This document shows positions 55,534-64,000 of a stretch of DNA of 64,000 bases, piece by piece; the first letter of the stretch is position 1, and every line of letters starts with the position of its first letter. The translations under genes were made by a program, and so were the position numbers. The stretch is from positions 62,001 to 126,000 of IMG/VR virus record IMGVR_UViG_3300036770_007495, one strand, 5' to 3'. Under the pieces are notes generated by a model. That model ran no database searches. It was not told the origin of the DNA and worked only from the letters and a program-made list of their open reading frames with translations.

Positions 55534-56382
55534 ATGGCAACTAACTCAATTGGAATTAACATTAAACAGCTTCCACAGCTCAATGCTGTTCAGTCGGGTG
55601 ATTTCATCATCATTGAGACTCCTGATGGAACTGGTGTAGTGGATTTTAATGACATCATCATTGACTTGAATCAAACAAGCTTTGAAAGCACCATAGATTC
55701 TTTGGTGTCTACCACTGTTGCATTGAGCACACAGTATTCTTCCTTGAGCAGCACAATCTATGATGATGTTGCAGTTGCTCTTGGTGCTCCAATTGCCATC
55801 TTCAAAAATGTCACACCCCTCACTGGTGGTCAAACCTTTTCAGGACCAGACATTGATTTGCCATTCAATTTCATTGAAGTGAATCAGCTATCACAGCAGC
55901 AATCTGCTGATGATTTTACTGCTGTAAATGTTTGTACAGACTTAACTCTGTCAAAGCCTTCAAGTGCATTCATTTTTCCTGCAGGCACATACAAAACATT
56001 CATCAATGCAAGCATTACATCTGCTACCTCAAGCACAGGCTGGATGCAGCTGTATTTGTATCAAAAGACACCACCAGAACAGGTGCTGTTGCTTGGTTCA
56101 GCCTTTACACCAACTGAATTGAATCAGCAAAAAACACTCACTGTTGATGGTGCTTTTGTTTTGTGCAAAGAAGCAGAAATTTCTTTGAGAGCCACAACAT
56201 ATGGCAAGTTCAAAATTGGCAATGCAGTATCCAACACACTTTATGCAGCTGCATCTGCACCATCATTGAGTGCAAGTCTTTTCAAGATGCTGCAGACAAG
56301 TGCATGCAACATAAGCATGTACATTGAACAAATACCTGCTGCAGCAGCACCTGCTGTTAATGCATTGTCTAAGGCGTTATAA
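55534..56382 (+). CDS. late structural protein (fibre/baseplate-like)
   Basis: TAAATA upstream; INIKQLP N-terminus; beta-rich. Confidence 0.55.
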   Translation: MATNSIGINIKQLPQLNAVQSGDFIIIETPDGTGVVDFNDIIIDLNQTSFESTIDSLVSTTVALSTQYSSLSSTIYDDVAVALGAPIAIFKNVTPLTGGQTFSGPDIDLPFNFIEVNQLSQQQSADDFTAVNVCTDLTLSKPSSAFIFPAGTYKTFINASITSATSSTGWMQLYLYQKTPPEQVLLLGSAFTPTELNQQKTLTVDGAFVLCKEAEISLRATTYGKFKIGNAVSNTLYAAASAPSLSASLFKMLQTSACNISMYIEQIPAAAAPAVNALSKAL

Positions 56383-57103
56383 GGCCTGTGTCTTTGAACA
56401 ATTGACTCTTTTGCTGATTGAGCAGCTCTTTGACTGCTTCTTGAACATCTTCAGATCCTGCCACTTGCTGCAGATCTTCCATCCAGGAATCATCTGGAGA
56501 GATGGTGTTGCCACGCTCATTAATGTAGTTGGCAATGTCTTTGATTCTCATGAACCTATCTGATGAGAAGATGGGAATGATTGCAGGGCGATCTTCCTTG
56601 TCAAACAACACAAACTTGTCATTGTACAGATATTGATTGTAAATGACTTCAAAGATGTTGTTGATTTCTTTGATGTAGTCAACATCAGTCTCTCTCATGC
56701 CATCGCGTGAGATGGCAATGTTTTCATTGTAAGGCACCCAGAAGATGATGTCAAGATCTTTTATGGATTCGCGCACTTTGCTGATGCACTTTGAAATGAA
56801 TGCATCGTCAATGTCAGATACACCCTTTTCGTTGGCCCACATTGAGTATACAATGTTATCCAGCGGGCACCTATCATACACAACATTGTCTTCAGGGGTT
56901 TTACCCTTCATTTGCTCAACCATGAAGTCAAGAATAGCTTTTTGGCCTCTCTTGGTCACGTGCTTGCTGTGTTGAATATCATTTTCAACAATGAGATTTC
57001 TATACGATTTCTCTGGTGTTGAGTACATGGTCCACACAGTCAGAAAGTCTCTGACGAGCGTTGTTTTGCCTGTGTTTGCTGTGCCGCTGAATGCAATTCT
57101 CAT
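56369..57103 (-). CDS. AAA_28/NadR-like nucleotide kinase (second)
   Basis: GTANTGKTT; YDRCPLD. Confidence 0.8.
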   Translation of the reverse strand: MRIAFSGTANTGKTTLVRDFLTVWTMYSTPEKSYRNLIVENDIQHSKHVTKRGQKAILDFMVEQMKGKTPEDNVVYDRCPLDNIVYSMWANEKGVSDIDDAFISKCISKVRESIKDLDIIFWVPYNENIAISRDGMRETDVDYIKEINNIFEVIYNQYLYNDKFVLFDKEDRPAIIPIFSSDRFMRIKDIANYINERGNTISPDDSWMEDLQQVAGSEDVQEAVKELLNQQKSQLFKDTGLITP

Positions 57104-57327
57104 TTGTTGATGAGTGTCTTGATATTGTCGTTGGTTTTAGAGTAGAGCTGATCTGTAACTGACTTCAAGCTTTTGTTTGCTGCTTCACCGCCATTGGTTT
57201 GTACCAATTTTGCAAGTGCATCAACGTCAAAACGCACAACAGATTCAAGAGACTCACCCTTGTATGTTACAATGGATTTAATTTCCACAACTGAGGTTGG
57301 GAGTTCGGAGATTTCGTTCTTTGCCAT
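57100..57327 (-). CDS. hypothetical protein
   Basis: ORF in operon. Confidence 0.55.
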   Translation of the reverse strand: MAKNEISELPTSVVEIKSIVTYKGESLESVVRFDVDALAKLVQTNGGEAANKSLKSVTDQLYSKTNDNIKTLINK

Positions 57328-57331
57328 GCTA

Positions 57332-57793
57332 TCATTTATCCTCTTCATTATCTTTTTCAACGTCCGTTTGTGGTTTTTTCTTGGGCTTTGCTGCTGGCTC
57401 TTCGTTCTTTTTCAACACATTCTTGTTGATAGACTCAATGAGATCACGTTGCGTCTCACGAGTGAGCTGCATTTTTTTCATGGCTGTCTGCGGTGAAACC
57501 CATTTGTAGTCAATGTGCTCATCACTAATTTTTACCACAGTTGCATTGCATTTGCAGTGAAACAGCTCAAAGTTGTGCATCTTGTAAATGCTCTTGATGC
57601 CAACAACTTTGAGCCCAGTCTCTTCATGCACCTCACGCTTCACTCCTTGAGCAAAAGTTTCATTTGCCTTGATGTGACCACCCGGCAAATGCCACTTTTT
57701 TTTGTCTTTTGGCAGCAAAAGGAGAACTTTGCCATTATGTTGAATGATGGCTTTGCTCACCCGCTTGGTATCTTTTTCTGATGAATCTTTCAT
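57332..57793 (-). CDS. Nudix hydrolase
   Basis: LPGG.....E.......REVHEETGL. Confidence 0.9.
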   Translation of the reverse strand: MKDSSEKDTKRVSKAIIQHNGKVLLLLPKDKKKWHLPGGHIKANETFAQGVKREVHEETGLKVVGIKSIYKMHNFELFHCKCNATVVKISDEHIDYKWVSPQTAMKKMQLTRETQRDLIESINKNVLKKNEEPAAKPKKKPQTDVEKDNEEDK

Positions 57794-58662
57794 ACAGAAC
57801 AGGTTTTATCCCATGCACTCACATGCAGGCGTGACAGACCAGTGAAACCATACTTTTTGGCCATTTCAAGCACAAATGCAGTGCGTTCATGGAAGTTTTC
57901 TCGACTATCCATGCCAGGCATGCACACCACCTGAGTCATGTCAATGCCAAATGGCTCCAGATAATCTGCAATGAATTCCTTGATGTCTTCTTCAGTTGAA
58001 ATCACAAACTTAAACCATGAATTCCAGTGGTCTCTGATGCGACAAATTGCATCTGGCACAATGCGTTCTTCCTTGCTCAAACCGGTGTTACTGAGCTTTG
58101 CACTGCAGTTGATCTGATGCAGACGGCTATACAATTCATCTTGAATAAACTGCGTTCCATTGGTCTCGATCTCATTGTATACACCAAAATCAACTTTAGG
58201 ATCTTCATTGATGTATTTGTCAGTGAGATAGTCAATGAAGTTTGTAATGCATTTCTGATGACGCGGCAGAGTTGGCTCACCACCAGTCCAAATGAGATGA
58301 GTCTGCCCTTTGAACACCCAATCTAGCATGGTAGAACCATCATAATTCTTATACTCTTTCCAACGATTGATGAGATATTCAAATGGTTTCTTCTCACCAA
58401 AAAGCCAAACTGGAAGAGAGTCGCAAGTCCAAGTTGCTTGACCTGCAGCATGCAAATCACCCTTGAAAGACCCCGGATCTGTGTTGCCTTGACCAGCATC
58501 TTTCACCTGTTTAGCAAGTGCTCTAGTAGCACCGCAAGTGAGATTGCAGTCTTTGAGACGGATAAAATAAGAAGGATGACCAGTAGTAATGCCTTCACCC
58601 TGCACTGAGAAAAAGTCCTCAGAAATTACAAGATAATCATGGTTATTGATAGTTTCACTCAT
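57790..58662 (-). CDS. queE: 7-carboxy-7-deazaguanine synthase (radical SAM)
   Basis: F.SVQGEG...G.P..FIRL..CNL.C; TGGEP; ETNG; RLH. Confidence 0.88.
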   Translation of the reverse strand: MSETINNHDYLVISEDFFSVQGEGITTGHPSYFIRLKDCNLTCGATRALAKQVKDAGQGNTDPGSFKGDLHAAGQATWTCDSLPVWLFGEKKPFEYLINRWKEYKNYDGSTMLDWVFKGQTHLIWTGGEPTLPRHQKCITNFIDYLTDKYINEDPKVDFGVYNEIETNGTQFIQDELYSRLHQINCSAKLSNTGLSKEERIVPDAICRIRDHWNSWFKFVISTEEDIKEFIADYLEPFGIDMTQVVCMPGMDSRENFHERTAFVLEMAKKYGFTGLSRLHVSAWDKTCSV

Positions 58663-58709
58663 AAGTAAAGGTAACTGATAGAAACAAGAATTCAACATAA
58701 ATAATACAT

Positions 58710-59465
58710 ATGAGCAAAAAAACTCGCTTGCGCAAAGCGCTGGCAGACCTCGAATTCGGTGATGGTGACATTGAAGTTCATACCACAAGATCATCTTCAA
58801 ATCTCGGAATCAGAAACAAGTATCAGCTCAATGATGTACATAAATCCTTCTTGGATACTTGTTTATATGAAAAAACCAAAATGGTGCTTGTTGATGGACC
58901 AGCTGGTACGGCAAAAACCTTTTTAGCAGTGTATGCTGGCTTGTTGCTGCTGCAAGAGAAAAAAATTAAAAATATCATTTACATTCGCAGCATTGTAGAA
59001 TCAGCAACCAAAAGCATTGGTGCATTGCCAGGTGAATTGGATGAAAAATTCAAGCCTTGGAGCTTGCCTTTGCTGGATAAACTCAATGAATTGCTGCCGC
59101 CAACTTCCATTGATGATCTCATGGAAAGTGGCACCATCAAGTGCATTCCTGTGAACTTTGTTCGTGGTCTCACCTTTCATGATTCCATGGTTATCATTGA
59201 CGAATTCCAGAATCTTACACATGAAGAAGGTGTTACAATCCTGACTCGCTTTGGTCACAACAGCAAGTACATTGCCATTGGCGATGCTCGTCAGGCAGAC
59301 ATTGGCTCAAAGTCCGGGTTCAAGGATTTGTTCAACGCTTTTGATGATGAAGAAAGCGCAGAACATGGCATTCATACTTTTAGGTTCGGCGAGAACGAAA
59401 TTGTACGAAGCAAAATTCTGCGCTTTATCGTGAGCAAAATTGCTAAGGTAAAGAAGTCGGGTTAA
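58710..59465 (+). CDS. phoH: PhoH-like ATPase
   Basis: GPAGTAKT; G.LPG..EK; RG.TF; IIDEFQN; GD..Q.D; IVRS. Confidence 0.92.
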   Translation: MSKKTRLRKALADLEFGDGDIEVHTTRSSSNLGIRNKYQLNDVHKSFLDTCLYEKTKMVLVDGPAGTAKTFLAVYAGLLLLQEKKIKNIIYIRSIVESATKSIGALPGELDEKFKPWSLPLLDKLNELLPPTSIDDLMESGTIKCIPVNFVRGLTFHDSMVIIDEFQNLTHEEGVTILTRFGHNSKYIAIGDARQADIGSKSGFKDLFNAFDDEESAEHGIHTFRFGENEIVRSKILRFIVSKIAKVKKSG

Positions 59466-60088
59466 TTGCCCCAACTTGTACCTTTGAACCAATCTCCCTT
59501 GCCAGATGACACATTGGGTCCAACACTTGCTGGACGACCGCCATTGCGTGTAACTTCTGGTGCAACAAGCGGAGTAACTTCTACTGGTTCAGGTGCAGGC
59601 TGTTCACCACCCAATCCATCTTCAGGAATTTCACGATCTTGCTCTACATCACAGTCACAGAAGAGAGCAGAGTTGTCTTCATGCTCAAACACTTCTACTT
59701 GCTTCACCCAGCAGCGATCACCATACTTGGCTTTGAGAAATTCTGATGCCATTTCAAAGCATTTTTCAGCAGCTCGCTCAATGCCAACACCCTTGTCAAA
59801 AATGCGCAGTTGAATGATGCCAGATGCATCCAATGCTTTGAGCTGCTCAAGAGCGGGATCATCAGCAGCTGCACAATACGTATGATCAAACACATGCTGC
59901 AGTTGCTGCTTCAGCTCTTTAAGACCACCAAAATCAACAGCCCAATTCTTTTCATCAAGCTCTTTGCAACCAAACCAAAACTTTGCTTTGAGTTGGTAAC
60001 CGTGAATGTATTGACAGTGAGAATGCGTTGCTCTCCATTGACGAAATGCGCAGGAGCCTAATTCAATGACTTTGGTACTTGTAAACAT
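59462..60088 (-). CDS. queD: 6-carboxytetrahydropterin synthase
   Basis: HC..IHGY; VDFG.LK; FDH; V.E. Confidence 0.85.
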   Translation of the reverse strand: MFTSTKVIELGSCAFRQWRATHSHCQYIHGYQLKAKFWFGCKELDEKNWAVDFGGLKELKQQLQHVFDHTYCAAADDPALEQLKALDASGIIQLRIFDKGVGIERAAEKCFEMASEFLKAKYGDRCWVKQVEVFEHEDNSALFCDCDVEQDREIPEDGLGGEQPAPEPVEVTPLVAPEVTRNGGRPASVGPNVSSGKGDWFKGTSWGN

Positions 60089-60118
60089 ATGTACAAGTTA
60101 ATGTCTAAAAATTAGAAA

Positions 60119-61129
60119 TCAAGGCTGCTGAGATGCAAAAGCAATGGCAAAGTCATTTGTATTTGGAATACGCATCAAGCTTCCATAACCTTGATATGCT
60201 GTATTTGTTGATTTTTCAACAATTGTTACGAGCGCTCCTTCATTAACAAATTCTGGCTTGCTTGTAATATCAACAAAGCGAACACCTGCTTTTTGTGGTG
60301 CTGGTGGTTTATTAGCTGGCGGTTTATTAGCTGGTTGTGTATTAGGAGTATTAGCTGGTTGTGTATTAGGAGTATTAGCTGGTTGTGTATTAGGAGGCGG
60401 CACCGGTGGCACCACTGGTGGTGCTGGTGGTTGTGGTGCTTCTAATAACATCATTTGGTTTGCAAATAAATCACCAAAGCTTCTGTGCTCAAGCAGTCTT
60501 CCAGAACCGTTGGTAAGTTTAATTTGTGAAACATAATATGTTTTGCCGCGAGCTACAATGTATGCTGCACCTTTTCTATCTCCTTTGATGTTGAAGGATT
60601 TGCCTGCCATTTCTGTAGGAATTTTTGTTAATCCAACCTGCTTACCAAGTGCAATGTTTTGTTGAGCAGCTGCTGCAGCTGCTGTTGCGTCTGCAGCAGC
60701 ACCAGGCTGTGGGTTAGATGGTCTGCCTGTTACTGTGTTCCACACACCACCTACCACTTGTCTGCCAAGTGATCCAACGGATCGTGATATTGGCGTACCC
60801 TGCGGGGTGCCTGCTGCACCTGCTGCAAGATTTGTTGCTGCACTACCAATTCCTGATGCAACTCTGCCTGCAGCTTTAAATGGTGCTGCCGCAACTTTGC
60901 CAATGCCAGATAAAATGCCCTCAACAACCACAGCTTTCTTTGGAATTAGTACAATCTCATTGTTGCTAAAAAATTTGATAGCATCTTCTGTTTCTGCAAG
61001 GATATATCCTTCATAACCATTGTACTGCGCAAAATCTTCTGCATATTTGTTGAGAGGATCAACCTTGAGACGCACTCTCTGCAGATTCTTTTCAAGAATG
61101 GATGAATACTGATCAAAAAACTTGGACAT
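60119..61129 (-). CDS. late protein with low-complexity Ala/Gly/Pro linkers
   Basis: TAAATA 5 nt upstream; 336-aa ORF. Confidence 0.7.
   Translation of the reverse strand: MSKFFDQYSSILEKNLQRVRLKVDPLNKYAEDFAQYNGYEGYILAETEDAIKFFSNNEIVLIPKKAVVVEGILSGIGKVAAAPFKAAGRVASGIGSAATNLAAGAAGTPQGTPISRSVGSLGRQVVGGVWNTVTGRPSNPQPGAAADATAAAAAAQQNIALGKQVGLTKIPTEMAGKSFNIKGDRKGAAYIVARGKTYYVSQIKLTNGSGRLLEHRSFGDLFANQMMLLEAPQPPAPPVVPPVPPPNTQPANTPNTQPANTPNTQPANKPPANKPPAPQKAGVRFVDITSKPEFVNEGALVTIVEKSTNTAYQGYGSLMRIPNTNDFAIAFASQQP
60325..60396. repeat. 24-bp tandem repeat x3 (in frame, PNTQPANT)
   Basis: tattagctggttgtgtattaggag repeated three times. Confidence 0.9.
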
Positions 61130-61174
61130 GCAAGTATTTAGTAGATTTCTCTATTTTTTACGTTACATTATAGA

Positions 61175-61822
61175 ATGGAATTACTCAAATACGCTAATGG
61201 TAATCTGCCGCAAACTGAACAAGAGCGTCAGAAGATGATTGAAGAAGCAGCTGAGCATTATGCTGCATTTATGAAAGCATTGAAGTTTGACTTCAAGAGC
61301 GATCCAAATAGTGCTGATACACCACGACGTGTTGCTAAAGCATTTGTCAATGATGTTATCAAAGGCTGTTATGAAGATGCACCAAGCATCACTGCATTTG
61401 ACAATGTTGACCAATACAACGGCATGGTGTGTCAGAACAACATTCGACTCACTTCACTTTGCAGTCACCACCACATGCCATTCACTGGCTTTGCGCATGT
61501 TGCATACATTCCAAGTCGCAGCGGCAAAGTCATTGGACTGAGCAAGCTCAATCGCATTGTTGATTGGTTTGCTCGTCGTCCGCAGGTGCAAGAAAATCTC
61601 ACCATGCAAATCCATCACTTTGTGAATGAAGTTTGTGGCAACAACAATGGTGTTGCAGTCATGATTGAAGCCAAGCACAACTGTTGCAGCAATCGTGGCA
61701 TCAAGCATGATTCAACCATGCGCACAGCATACATGAGCGGTGCATTCCTTGAAAATGGAGACAGCTCTCGTGCAGAGTTTTACAACTTTGTTGATCATGC
61801 ACAGAATCGAAACCTCATGTGA
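61175..61822 (+). CDS. folE: GTP cyclohydrolase I
   Basis: TPRRVAK; SLCSHH.MPF.G; GLSKL.R; RRPQVQE; H.C...RG. Confidence 0.95.
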   Translation: MELLKYANGNLPQTEQERQKMIEEAAEHYAAFMKALKFDFKSDPNSADTPRRVAKAFVNDVIKGCYEDAPSITAFDNVDQYNGMVCQNNIRLTSLCSHHHMPFTGFAHVAYIPSRSGKVIGLSKLNRIVDWFARRPQVQENLTMQIHHFVNEVCGNNNGVAVMIEAKHNCCSNRGIKHDSTMRTAYMSGAFLENGDSSRAEFYNFVDHAQNRNLM

Positions 61823-62216
61823 GTGAGGGATCGACTACGCTGTTCATTTGAGCAATGAAGTCTTTGCTCAACAGCACTGGTTCGCTCATACCAGAGCGAT
61901 CAGAAATAGTAAAAGGCTGACCTTTGTAAGTCTTACCGTTAACCGTCACGTCGAGTCGAATCACGTGACGGTTTTCTTGTAATTGAGGTCCTTTGTTGAT
62001 CATCATTGTGCCTTGAGAATGAGCACGATGTTGTTTGCCATTGCATACAAATGTTACAATGGCACCATCATCTTTGATGTCTGTTGCATGCAACACATTG
62101 TGTCCATCATTGCCTGTATCAGCTTTGGCATCAAAAGCGCCAATGTTGTGAACTTCAATGCGCACTGTTGGTGGTATTGCGTGTTTTTCAAAAAAGAACT
62201 GCTTGAATGTTTGCAC
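61815..62216 (-). CDS. retropepsin-like (RimK-associated) aspartic protease
   Basis: AKADTG; E.R.VI; DRS.M..PVL. Confidence 0.75.
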   Translation of the reverse strand: MQTFKQFFFEKHAIPPTVRIEVHNIGAFDAKADTGNDGHNVLHATDIKDDGAIVTFVCNGKQHRAHSQGTMMINKGPQLQENRHVIRLDVTVNGKTYKGQPFTISDRSGMSEPVLLSKDFIAQMNSVVDPSLT

Positions 62217-62224
62217 GCAGTTAT

Positions 62225-63271
62225 TTATTTTGCAAATTTGATTTTGTATCCACTAGAATCGTAGCATGCAGAGAAAGTTACATCACATGCTCGCAACTCT
62301 TTGAACAATCTGATGCAGCTCCATGCATCATACTCTATGCATGCATTGTTGATGATGAATGCTGTACCAAATGGTGCTGTCTTTTTGCCTGGATGCTTAA
62401 ACAATACAAACCAGTCATCTTTTTTGCTGCAAATGTATTCAAGAAGTTGAGCTGCTCCTAAAAAATGCATTGCATCTTCTTTGCATTTGATCAAATTCTC
62501 GCAGCAAGCAGCACGAGCCATGCAACCAATGCTGTAAGGCAGCATTGAAAAATCATATGGCACTTCATAAATCTTTGATATTTCAGCAAACTGAAATTCA
62601 AACTGCATGGCACTAACTACAGGGCGATCTTTTGCAAACTGATTGATGAATTTTTCAATGTTTGCACGATTGCCAATCCATTTGCTTGATTCTCCAATGC
62701 GACCGCCATCGCCTTTCAACTCAATGAGGTTGTTGTTGATCATGATGTCGCCTTTGTCAGCTTTGTATCCACCAGCAAGCAACAACAAAGGCAACTCTGC
62801 AGGACCAGAATAGCCACGAGTCTTGCCTTCATCAGAAATGGGACGCATTTTTGTCCACACTTCAGCAGTCAATGCACTTGCTTTAAAATCTGCTTTGTAA
62901 TATTCACCCAAGAAATCAACAATGTTGGTTCTTTTGAATGCATTTTCTTGCAGATGCTTCAAGAATAATGGAGCAATTGCATCAGTTGATATCGTTTCCA
63001 ACATCTGCAACACACATTCATTGGATACATCACACAAGTAACCAAACAATTTGTTGAGTTCAGTCAATCTATCAATGACTCTGTTGGCAGCAATGAGCTT
63101 GTTGCTTCTTTTGATTAGATTGTCATTGATAACTTTGAAGCATTTGCCAATTTGTGCATGCTGCTTTTGCAGATCAATGTAATGAACAATTATTTCATCC
63201 CACAAACACCCATCAATAACGTATTCCTTTGCATCATCTGTTGCATCATTTGTTGCTACAACGTTGATCAT
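62225..63271 (-). CDS. hypothetical with PD-(D/E)XK-like motif
   Basis: GPAE...KGDI.....IELK. Confidence 0.5.
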   Translation of the reverse strand: MINVVATNDATDDAKEYVIDGCLWDEIIVHYIDLQKQHAQIGKCFKVINDNLIKRSNKLIAANRVIDRLTELNKLFGYLCDVSNECVLQMLETISTDAIAPLFLKHLQENAFKRTNIVDFLGEYYKADFKASALTAEVWTKMRPISDEGKTRGYSGPAELPLLLLAGGYKADKGDIMINNNLIELKGDGGRIGESSKWIGNRANIEKFINQFAKDRPVVSAMQFEFQFAEISKIYEVPYDFSMLPYSIGCMARAACCENLIKCKEDAMHFLGAAQLLEYICSKKDDWFVLFKHPGKKTAPFGTAFIINNACIEYDAWSCIRLFKELRACDVTFSACYDSSGYKIKFAK

Positions 63272-63276
63272 GCAAA

Positions 63277-63687
63277 TCAAGGTGCAGTTGACAAATCCTT
63301 GAGTACCGCACTTACTATCTGCTCAACTTGTGCAGGATCTGAGGTGGACAACTGAGAAATTGCAATGTTGATTTGTTTCTCAACATCAGCTGGAATGCTT
63401 GACCTTACTGCTTGAAGTCTGTCACTATCATTGCCTTCAATTGCACCTGCTGTTTGAGCAACAAGTCTAAGCAATTGAATAATGATGGTTCTGAATGTAT
63501 CATAACCGCTCTGAATTTGCTCAGTTGTTTTGTCTGGCTGTTGTGCCATTGCTGCATCAGGTTGAGCAGGAGCTGCTTGTTGATCTTGTGCTGGCGCTTG
63601 CTGCATAGCTACATCAGCAGCTTCATCTTGCTCCATCAAGTAAGTTGCACGAGCTTCTCTAATTACACTGTCAAATATACTTTGCAT
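63277..63687 (-). CDS. Gln/Ala-rich late protein
   Basis: TAAATA 6 nt upstream. Confidence 0.65.
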   Translation of the reverse strand: MQSIFDSVIREARATYLMEQDEAADVAMQQAPAQDQQAAPAQPDAAMAQQPDKTTEQIQSGYDTFRTIIIQLLRLVAQTAGAIEGNDSDRLQAVRSSIPADVEKQINIAISQLSTSDPAQVEQIVSAVLKDLSTAP

Positions 63688-63688
63688 T

Positions 63689-64000
63689 TCAGGTATTTAG
63701 GAGCATGCATTTGGTTTTCAAACAGTTGAAGTAGTTGTTGTTGAGAAAAACCAACTTGTATTTGTCAATGAATCTTGTAGCCTTGTCATAGCTATATTTT
63801 ATCTTGTCACCATTGCTGATTTGCATCAAAAATGATGTGCCTTGATTGTTGCTTATGAGTTTGTTGTAATATTCAATAGGTTTGCTGCTGCAATACCATG
63901 TCAAAGGAAGTTTTTTGGTTGCTTCCATGATGAGTTTGTGAATAAACTCCTTGATTTTACCATTTTCATCATCTGGCACCTGGATGCACTCAGAGCTGTA
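63689..64000 (-). CDS. partial hypothetical protein (start probably outside window)
   Basis: open frame runs to window edge. Confidence 0.5.
   Translation of the reverse strand, partial: YSSECIQVPDDENGKIKEFIHKLIMEATKKLPLTWYCSSKPIEYYNKLISNNQGTSFLMQISNGDKIKYSYDKATRFIDKYKLVFLNNNYFNCLKTKCMLLNT

Noticed and set aside
60325-60396. CRISPR array
   Set aside because: Spacerless in-frame coding repeat.
1-64000. Stop-codon reassignment or suppressor tRNAs
   Set aside because: Core genes are intact in the standard code; no CTA, TTA or TCA anticodons seen.

Overview
A segment of a large T4-like myovirus genome, probably infecting a Verrucomicrobiota/Planctomycetota host (inferred from phage-borne DUF1501 and DUF1549/DUF1553 genes). 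1-9.7 kb: dense RNA array with about 37 CCA-ending tRNA genes covering all 20 amino acids, many structured non-tRNA RNAs and two free-standing endonucleases. 10-16 kb: holin-like gene and the PVC-type periplasmic module. 16-25.5 kb: head/neck genes (gp15, gp20, gp13, gp21, gp22, gp23) and small basic proteins. 25.5-43.6 kb: uvsE, a 7-deazaguanine operon (TGT/DpdA-like, formyltransferase, kinase, queF), gp5-like hub, clpP, nrdAB, PRTase, DinG-like helicase, GroES, gp62, DUF366. 43.6-55.5 kb: 15-gene glycosylation island. 55.5-64 kb: kinase, Nudix, queE, phoH, queD, folE and late genes. Most unusual: (1) three tRNAs (Tyr, two Arg) whose D-stem 5' strand and D-loop are moved behind the anticodon arm; (2) a free-standing RNA copy of the 23S rRNA uL11-binding GTPase-associated centre with a ~155-nt insert; (3) array-wide G18:U55 to A18:G55 elbow covariation; (4) a Tat-signal mini-protein made from a piece of major capsid protein; (5) TAAATA late promoters 5-6 nt before start codons, implying leaderless mRNAs; (6) a ~400-nt ornate RNA behind an rRNA-like promoter and boxA. 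Together these suggest an RNA-based translation-takeover toolkit. All calls are by eye; no searches or folding programs were run.
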